A DNA stretch of 56,679 nucleotides, the filler included, from Sphacelaria rigidula (lineage: Eukaryota), in NCBI GenBank assembly GCA_964200075.2. It is 7 parts of 7 records of this genome, joined end to end, with 100 filler letters (N's around TTAATTAATTAA, not from the genome) between each part and the next. Parts side by side here need not be neighbours in the genome. Positions count along the whole stretch, not along the records: positions 40,559 to 48,569 come from CAXNAA020012651.1; positions 48,670 to 56,679 come from CAXNAA020012652.1; 5 more parts are not named here. One strand, given 5' to 3'. The notes beneath the pieces were generated by a model, which ran no database searches, had not been told where the DNA came from, and worked only from the letters and a program-made list of their open reading frames with translations. Both the position numbers and the translations under genes were made by a program. How positions within the stretch are numbered: the first letter of the stretch is position 1; each line of letters opens with the position of its first letter. This document shows positions 48,073-56,679 of the stretch, one piece after another.

Positions 48073-48569
48073 AGCTCAGCAGTGTTTTAGATATTTGATG
48101 GGCGCAACAGCTGTGTGTGCTCTAAAACAAAACTCTAGAGTTGGTTGGTGTTGCTGAGAGAGGACAATGTGCACACTACAGGTCGTCGCCACCCATGAAC
48201 GTGTGACTTAAGGCCGCACCGTGTGTAGCAGAGTGTGCTTGGGGCGCGTTGCAAGGTCGGAGAGGGAGGTGGTTACTTGAATGACCGCTGCCACCATTCA
48301 TCATGCGTAGTACACTACAGTTCAGCGTGAGTGGGGATCTGCAGCTTGGCGTGGTATCATGTTTATAACGTCATCGTTCCAATATCGCCTCTCGTGGAAA
48401 ACAAAAAAGGGTGTTCTCGTGAAGAAATGGTCTTTACCATACTAACACGCCCTCAACCAGTAAAAAAATGAACGAAATAAAATCTGGTCCGCTGAGTTTT
48501 GGTAATTATGCCCTGGAGAGGGCCCACACAAATTTTCATTACACAAAAACCAAACGTGGGCCGGTGAGT

Positions 48570-48669
48570 NNNNNNNNNNNNNNNNNNNNNNNNNNNNNNN
48601 NNNNNNNNNNNNNTTAATTAATTAANNNNNNNNNNNNNNNNNNNNNNNNNNNNNNNNNNNNNNNNNNNN
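48570..48669. other. Artificial contig linker
   Basis: N44-TTAATTAATTAA-N44. Confidence 0.98.
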
Positions 48670-50109
48670 ACCACGCCCGTCTCCGCTCTGGTCCAACGCA
48701 AAAGGCAAGCAACAAATGAGTACCCCCCCCCCCCCCCCCATGGGGTTGGCGTCAGTTGGCAATGATGCTGTAAAACACGTCACTCACTGCGTAATCTAGG
48801 CAACCAGGTTACCGGGTTGCGTTGTTCGTGCATTTCCTTGCGGGAACATAACCATGATGGTGGTCGAGCTAGATCATATTGTGCGGCGTGGGATAACCTC
48901 AACTCCGCGCAAAGGGGATGATAATAATACGAGCTGGGACAGTAGTAAATCCCACATTTGTATGTCACGTCATCACGTATCAAGTTTACCAAATCAGCCC
49001 GACTTGACAATATCGGTGTGGCCTGCAGACCGACCTCGTAACGTACCGCACCGCCGCAGGATGAAGAAAAAATTGAAAAAAGATGTACTGCATAATGTAT
49101 AACATTACCGACAGAAGAAAAAGGAAGGAGTCCGTCGGGATTCGAACTCGTGACCTTCATAATTGGAGTCTCCTGTATCACTTGGATTAAAGGGGCGCAG
49201 TGGTGTCACACAAAAAGTCTCTGCTGCGCCCAATTCGAGGTATTGTTGGCCGAAATTGCACCAGGATCTGCACAAAAGTACGCACAACAACCCAAGGGCT
49301 GCCGACTTATTTCTTCATTTGTACGGAGTTGTAGCATCTTTGCAGTTTTTGCAGAAACTTCGAGTCGCTCCGCTCTCAACATTATGTTTTACTTTATTTT
49401 TTCGTTGCATCCCCCGGAAGGTTGTGCATATTGATGATGAAAATTTCGTGTCAAAATTTCAGCGCCTAACTTCTCAGAAACATTCAAAAATCACTGTCAG
49501 CTGGCCCAGCTCGTACTACGTGGTGGTCTTTGAATGGCGAGGCACCCATGAGGCCGTGTGGAACCCGCGGCAATGCCAGAAAATGAAGCAACTAATTGGA
49601 GGCTGTCACCCAAAGGCAAGCTAAGCAGTACGCTTCGGCCCAAACAATCTTACTATAGCAGGATGCAGCTCACCATGCAGGCGACTCGCTGAACACACCA
49701 CGGCGCTTCACGCCTGGTGATTGGTTGCAAGCCCGGTCCGGCGAAAACCCGCCGTGCTCCGTCCCGGCTTTGTAGGGCTGCGAAATCAACGGTTATATGA
49801 CTACGGCATGCAAGATCATGATGACACCCCCCTCGCGAGGTCAATGGTCTTATGACTATGGCATGCATGATCATGAGTACACCCCCCCCCCCATCCCCAT
49901 CCTCCTGTTCGACCGACCGAACATGCCATGTTCTCCATGTGAAAATGCGACACTGCGACACTTTTTGTATTTTGCCGGTCACTTTGTCCCGACTTCCATG
50001 CGTATTTCGTGTAGTACAACCCAGCTTGAATGGATGTATTATGAGACTACGCTGCAAAAATACCATTCGGGTACCGTCTGAGCTTAGAGCATTTCTGTAC
50101 GCTGGTATT

Positions 50110-50415
50110 AGGGGGGGCGTTCTCATGTGTTGCTTGCCTTAGTCGTTTGACCATTGGCCACGCATCCCTTTCGAGACGGAGCACCGTTCCTGCTCCTAGT
50201 AAAGACACCTCCAACATTCCGGCGCATATTACATTTCTGCCATACATTACACAAAAACCTCTGACATATCTTATCCCCGTCCTGTTTCGCCGTCTGTGGC
50301 CACCATCTATCTCCTAGTATAGCCATCGTTTTCTCCCTACTGTCTAATGCATCAAAGGGGGGGAGAAGACAATATCTCAAAAAACGAATCAAGCACAAAC
50401 CAGCACGAGCTACTA
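50110..50415 (-). mobile_element. LINE 3'-end fragment (family 2); short stubs also at 46775-46855, 48675-48740, 51272-51350 and 51362-51440 (+)
   Basis: Open frame LRYCLLPPFDALDSREKTMAILGDRWWPQTAKQDGD...GAPSRKGCVANGQTTKASN; common 3' end CCGTCTCGAAAGGGATGCG...ACGACTAAGGCAAGCAACA.ATGAG.ACGCCCC in all copies. Confidence 0.7.
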
Positions 50416-50428
50416 GTAGTTCACTCAC

Positions 50429-51167
50429 CAAGTATAATACTCCGTCTCACCCGCGCCCATGCTCACGACGACCACGGAGCTACCAGCCCCTCTGCCTCTC
50501 CCCCCCCCCTGACTCCAACCGGGAACTCCGGCGGGACCCCGAGAAATCCTTGCCTGAGGTGGCTGCCGCGCGCTGTATCGACTTCCTCCAGCCCTGTCAC
50601 TGACCCTGCCGAAAAAGCCAGAGTTATGGAAACGCCGACTTGCTGCTGCTTCTCCACCCGCTCCTGGAGAGAACATGCGCGCTACCGCCGCATTGTTGTT
50701 GTTTTTGTTCGAGACTTCATTTGTTGTTCTCCCCTGCCTCCGTCTTTCACTTGTTGTTGCTGCTGCTGTTATTGTTCCCCAAGACCTTGAGCTCGCTCCT
50801 TGGGCGATCTTACCGTCCCCGCCGCTGCCGCCGCTGGTGCTGCTGCTACGACCGAAAAAGCCTCTAGAAGGAACTACAAATCCTGGAATGGTAGACGACG
50901 ACGCTACCACAGGTGAGATCATGGCGGTGGTACAGTACCTTCCACGCCTCGTCCGCGGTACTTCCGCCGCTGCTATCCCTTCCTTTGTCTTCATCCACCA
51001 GCTGCTATACTGGCTGTCAACGCTCTGGAGAACTCTCCCTCGTCCCCGGTTTCCACAGTCATGGGAGGCGGTTTTTGTGAGGGTATGGCTGTGGCGGGCA
51101 GAGGCGTCGGCTGGCCACGGAGTGGCGGATAGCACGAGCGGCAACAACGCGAACGACGCCCACGCCG
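50429..51167 (-). CDS. Exon 2 of a signal-peptide protein with a long Ser/Arg/Gly-rich presequence, ending GETEYYT (possible start of a J-domain)
   Basis: Branch point GCTAAC plus pyrimidine tract plus AAAAAG| acceptor; TG|GTGAGT donor; 739 nt open; phase matches exon 1. Confidence 0.7.
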
Positions 51168-54100
51168 CTTTTTTGGAGAAATCATTTTTTTGTTGGGACA
51201 CGCACAAGGGACACACAAGAAAAACGACAACAAAAAAGAACGTTAGCATGAAGGACATAAGTAATCCCCTCCCCGTCTCGAAAGGGATGCGTGGTCAATG
51301 GTCAAACGACTAAGGCAAGCAACAAATGAGTACGCCCCTCCCCCCCCAAAAAAACAAACTGCTCCGTCTCGAAAGAGATGCGTAGTTAATGGTCAAACGA
51401 CTAAGGGGAGCAATAGATGAGAACGCCCTCCCCCCCCAAATAAAAATCAAAATAAAAGAGCAGGCGCAGGGGCAGGTAGTTGGGCTGTTATTCCCTTTGG
51501 TGAAGGTCAGGTTATAGCAGATCTTCATCTCGGGTTATTATACTCATTAGCTATTTCTTCTTTAGGTGTTTATGATATCTTAATTTCAGGTTGGTTAAGT
51601 AATTCAAAATATGCGTTTTTAGGTGGAGCAAGAAGGAAGGAGATTATTGTATTTTTTTTCACGCTGTTTTTGCACAACCCCTGTGTATCAGGCACTGGGG
51701 CTTGTAAAATAACCAAACTACACGGTGTTTTGAGAGCTCGCTATGCTGACCAGTACGTCCTCTTATGGCTTACCCAGAACGCGGGAGGATATTCCTGAGG
51801 TCGAGGCCGCTTCTAGCCCATGAAAAGCAGCCGGATCAGGAAGGGAGCTTGTCTATCATTTTAGTCGGTTAAACTCTTCTCTCGTTCGAGTAACGCTTCT
51901 AAAGGCACCGGGGCCAACAGTATGATCAATTTCTAGATATATGCGAGGGGACTCGCTGGCTGTGTCTACAATACTGTTCTGACTTCGGTTGACAATGCGG
52001 GAGGCGTGGTAGACACGGGTAGCTTTAGGCGCAACAATCCAGGAGCACCGCTAGAGAGAAGAAACAAGCGGAAAACTTGCTACAAGCACGCTTGGTTTGA
52101 TGCCATCGTAGTCTCCGTATCCACCGTATACGCCCTCGACTTTAATGGACTGCGACTATTCCGGCTTGCGGATTGTATCCGGCAGTATCATGTATCATGG
52201 CCCCTCACACGTGCCGTGGCTGTGGATGCATACCATGGATATGGATCATGACGCCAAACAAAATACTGGGGACGGACAGTCGTATGTGCGCAGCACATAA
52301 CCACCGACGAGGGAGGGAGTACTCCAAGAATATATACTTCTCTGTCTCATAAGTAAAGTTACCTAAATTTGCACGGGCCCTTAACGATGTCCGATCGTTT
52401 TTTTTTAATGAAATTGATGGTGTTTTTTGGATCAAGAAAATGTGTTTAAAATATGCAGCTCGTGCTTGGACCATGCAGCCGCGCGGCCGAGAAAAACTAG
52501 GTCGGTCCAAAACCGGCCATTTCTCGCTCGTTTTTCCACGAAAGCATGACAGACCCGGGAACTCGAAAAATCGCGAAAAATGGGCCAAAAATTGTGAAAA
52601 TCGCGAAACCACCATTGATTATGGACATGTCCGTGATATCAACCTACGCACGCCCCATCCAACATTTTGTTAGCATGTAATTGCTAGTGCTCGGCGTGAA
52701 AACGTCTAAAATCGGTCAATGATGGGGGGAAAATGGATCTAAAAGGATCAAAATGGGGTATATTTCGACATAGTTTTAGTGATGAAAACAAGTTTTTATT
52801 TTCGTTTTTTTGTCATCAGCTTCGTCTGCGCTTTGGCTTTCAAACGTACCCAACCACAACATCGTCGCCACCACTGGCATACCTAAACAATGTATCGCCG
52901 TTAGGTACCTTTACTAATGGGGCAGAGGAAAAATCGATCTTGATTCGACCATTTCAATCGAAGAATTTTTCCGTCTCAATAGTTATGCTACGATAGGGGA
53001 GGGGGGCGGGGTTGTTCCACAGTATTGGGGCGTCATAGGCGTGTTAGACGACATATCACACTCGCGGTGCGCTTGTATTTGGGTGAAAACGGTGCCAAGC
53101 AGAATAAATGAGTGTCATTTATCGGTTTTGACCACGTTCGAACAACCATTTCTATTTTCAACTTTCAACGACAGTTGAAGGTGGAATTTCGTGGAAGAAA
53201 TTGCTCAAAATACCACCCCCCTCCTCTCCAATTGGGCCATAACTCCATATTGTAGACTACATAGAAAAGAGCGACCAAGGAAGAGAATCTCGCAGTCCAA
53301 GAGACATTGGAGAATATTACCGTAGATAACGGTCCACGCGACCCTAGGGTGATCCCGAAACTTTTCTCCAACAGCTCATCATTTGAGACTCAAAAGAATA
53401 TCACCAAGAGGTGGCAGTCAGGCATGGGGGGGGGGGGGGGGTTTTCGCACATATGTGTTTTTTGGGGCCGCCCCACGGGTTATCTTTTCCTGATGCTTTA
53501 TGCAAGTCCTTCCCACGAGACTGTGATTTCAACCCTGGTGCGTTTGACTACTCCTTCATGTACCCCTTTTTCTGTGGTGGGGGTGCACTCATGATCTTGC
53601 ATGCCATAGTCATAAAAACATTGACTTCACATCCCTAAAAAGTCGGGACGGAGCACGCCGGGTTTTCGCCGGACCAGGCTCGCAATCATCACCAAGCGCG
53701 TAGCGCCGTCATGTCTTGGGCGAGTCCCATAAAAGATGAGCGGCATCCCCGCTCAGATTGTTCGGCCCGAAGCTTACTGATTATCTTGCATTTGGATGAC
53801 AGCCTCCAACGAGTTGCTTAATTTTCTGGTATCGCCACTTCCGGAGACAGCCACGGCTTATCCACTGCTTCATGGGCGTCTCACCCTATAAACACCGCAT
53901 GGTGAGATCATCCCAGTTACGCGAGGTTCGGACTCCCCAGTCCGCACAAAATGCCCTAGCTCACCCACCATCATGGTTACCGCAAAAAAACGCGAGAGAA
54001 AACCCCCCGGCAACCTGCCATTGCAAGAGTAGGTCATCTGTTGAATCAACATCAGTTTCACTTGAAAAAATTATGCATGATCCACATGAACTACCCTCGC

Positions 54101-54748
54101 GGTGGAGGGCGTAAGATCAACTTTCTACCTTTGTACGAAGATCATGACTATACTGCCCGAGAGATGCAGACAAGCGGCCAACCGTTCTCGTTGGCTTTTA
54201 AAAATTCCAGCGGTCACCACCTCGTACAGCAATAGTCACTAGCGCAGAAAGGCTGCAGTCTACTATCTGTACCGCTGCTCCTGTACATACTGGGCATACA
54301 ATGGTACAGTACAGCCCATGGACAGCGGTAACTCTCTACTGTAAATGACGGTGTATAACACCCCCTATAAGAGAGATGGGTGTTTGGACGCTGAAGTTTT
54401 TAGGGAAGTGAGACGCTACGGTCGAGAGAGAGCCCACGCACTCCCGAGAGAGCTCATTCGTGCATTCATTTGAACTTATACTTCTAGAAGACATATTCTT
54501 TGAAGACGTGCAATGAATTTCGCAAGGAGACGTGCTGCGAAATCTCAAACTGCCGCCTGTGCGGTGGTCGGCAGAGGGTGGAGGGAGAGGGGTGTTATAT
54601 GGGAAAATATGAAAATATGTCATGGGTGCGCGCGCATGAACCAGTTTTTCACCCCACCGCATACGAGCATAAACTGTCTGTTCACCCATCATGATCAGGT
54701 CACACCATGTACAGTACAATAAGCACCCGTATGTGTTCCCGGACTCAC

Positions 54749-54755
54749 CAGCCAT
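54749..54755 (-). CDS. Coding part of exon 1 (ATGGCTG) of the same gene
   Basis: ATCATGGCTG|GTGAGT; splicing to 51167 gives MAAAWASFALLPLVLSATPWPADA, a plausible signal peptide. Confidence 0.6.
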
Positions 54756-55183
54756 GATAATATAACCGGTGCGGTCAGCCCGCTCCGTGTCACCCAACAC
54801 CCCTAACAGCCCTCCGAGCAACCCTCCACACTACCCTCCACACAGCCCGTGTTACCGGGTTTTAATGATCAAGCACTAGCTCTCAGGTCACAACCGTTTT
54901 TCCCGGCCCCTCACTTGTTGTGCGCTTTCGTAGACCAGAACTCCTTGAGACTCCCGTTTCTATGGGGCTCTAGTAACTTGGATATCCGTCCCGCGTAGCA
55001 GGTCGAGGATGATTGACAAGAAACAGTGGAAGATAACTTCATGCTCACGCTTGTAATCAACCCACGGTCCGTCAGCGCTGTACATATATATGAATACGGG
55101 TCTGAGCAAAACCCTGATGTCGTGCCGTAAAACCATGTGAAAACATCTGGTTCGCCTTGCTTCGAGCATATCACAGGAGCATC
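54756..55183. promoter_or_regulatory. Putative bidirectional promoter / 5' UTR region
   Basis: 428 bp between two divergent ATGs, both in ATCATGG context; no repeats noticed, unlike the surroundings. Confidence 0.55.
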
Positions 55184-55285
55184 ATGGCTAACAAGGCAGA
55201 CTTCATCAGCCTAGCGGGGCTCAGGCCTGATGGAAGAAGATGCGGAGAGATTCGGCGCGTGAGGTGTCGCTTTGGCGTTTTCAAG
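55184..55285 (+). CDS. RRP41: Exosome complex component RRP41/EXOSC4 (RNase PH family), first coding exon
   Basis: MANKADFISLAGLRPDGRRCGEIRRVRCRFGVFK contains the GLRxDGRRxxExR N-terminal motif; AAG|GTAGGC donor; the next exon (ADGSAY) was not found in the window. Confidence 0.85.
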
Positions 55286-56679
55286 GTAGGCGCGGGATTA
55301 TCATGTACGGTTACACAGCTGCCGTCTCATATTCGACATGATATAACACCCCCCTGTCGCCGGACAATCAACCTTGATTTCTCGAGAAGTGGGGCAGTGC
55401 AATTGCCAAAAAATCACCCACATGTGTACATCTTGATGAGATTATTTTAATACCCTCGCTAGCACAAACAAAAAACGTGGAGAAAATCGCAAACCGTATC
55501 GTCGGCATTGTTTTAGGTGTGTACCCCCTCAGTACTACAGGGCAGTACAGCACGGTACAAACACACGAGATTGTCTTCGCTGCCTCTGAGATCTGATTGA
55601 GCCCTGCGAGGGCCGTTAGACCAGTCGGGGATGAATTGGCCCCGTGACTGTTCCGATGGATACAAGAATAATGGAGAAGTCGAGGCTGCCGTGTGGCGGA
55701 GTGTAGCACCCCCCTGATATCATGAAATGCCTACCTGCAACTGGTTTGACTGAGACTCACTACTATCCTCCCACGGGAGACTGGCTACCGCGAGGATGAC
55801 TGCTGTGCTTGTGGTCTAGTTGTAAGAGTCCAGGTTCGTGGATGTAGTGTGGAGCATAGACAGGTTGCTCAGTTTTGAGATTGATCTCTTTGTCAAGATG
55901 GGTCAATCACAGCAAGCTGCCCGAGGAAAGGAGGAAACCTCGCCGTGGAAGTAGCTCGGGGGACCGGAGTTATGGAATTTCAGGAACATCAGGAACGTGC
56001 TCTCGACATGATACAACGTACAATGTGACAGTCCTGGCAAAAGCTAGGAGGAACGTTTTTTGTTTTGTCCTCTCTTTCTTATTTTTGTCCTTTTACTGAC
56101 CCACTCGAACTTTCCTCGGCAAGTATTTCCGCTTTGTTTTGCCTGGAGCACATCGATATCAAAGCCACACCGCTGAGTTCGTGGCGAATCAGGTCCGGAT
56201 GTAGCACATTCTAAGCAATCAGAGCAGTGCGTGCCCAACCACATCCGCCCCTATTTTTTTCGATATTTCATGTCTCGTACACGGTTCACCACTGCGCTAG
56301 CACACCGCGCGAGGGAGATCTTGTTCATTTTTTTTTTTTTTCCATGGAAACTACGATGTGAACGATTCCCGGTGGTGTACTGTAATGGTCGAACTGACAC
56401 CGTTACGATGAAGAAGAATGCGTGTTCGATTCCCGAAGATGCTATTGAGTTTTCCGCCGTCGTTGAGAAAGCGTGAGAACGAGAGTAGCAAAAAATCTTT
56501 GTCTGATAGGGTTTGTTTGGCGAGGTTGACGTGGTGCGGGGGAGCAGAGTGCTCATGGTCATGATCCAATCCGCGAGACCGAAATGCAAAGCGTGTACTG
56601 TACCGGTTGAGAGATGAAATGGGTTGATTGACCCCTTAACCCTTTTGGGACCGGGGCTCGAGAACGACCAAGAGGCTGG

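Noticed and set aside
51168-51258. N-terminal hydrophobic part of the 277-aa ORF as a signal peptide
   Set aside because: It is the branch point and polypyrimidine tract of an intron

Overview
Repeat-rich eukaryotic DNA, most likely a brown alga (inferred from intron style, GTACT/GTGCT microsatellites and TE types). The window is not one locus. It is seven unplaced contigs of 8012, 8012, 8012, 8011, 8011, 8011 and 8010 bp joined by 100-bp N/TTAATTAATTAA linkers, so adjacency across gaps is meaningless. Contents: three decayed Ty3/Gypsy pieces, one decayed Ty1/Copia carrying a nested 8-bp-TSD MITE, a probable intron-containing hAT transposase relic, many MITEs/foldbacks, tRNA-derived SINEs and LINE 3' stubs. 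Host genes are the last two exons of a protein with a long Asp-rich tail, and a head-to-head pair: exon 1 of exosome subunit RRP41 and exons 1-2 of a signal-peptide protein. The most striking structure is a 5.6-kb array (24337-29970) of ten co-oriented ~211-bp TGT...ACA inverted-repeat units with a telomere-like core. The units are separated by polarised pentamer microsatellites, show higher-order periodicity, and abut a truncated Gypsy protease. Second most notable is a Gypsy integrase tail that appears to carry both a chromo-like and a Tudor-like domain.
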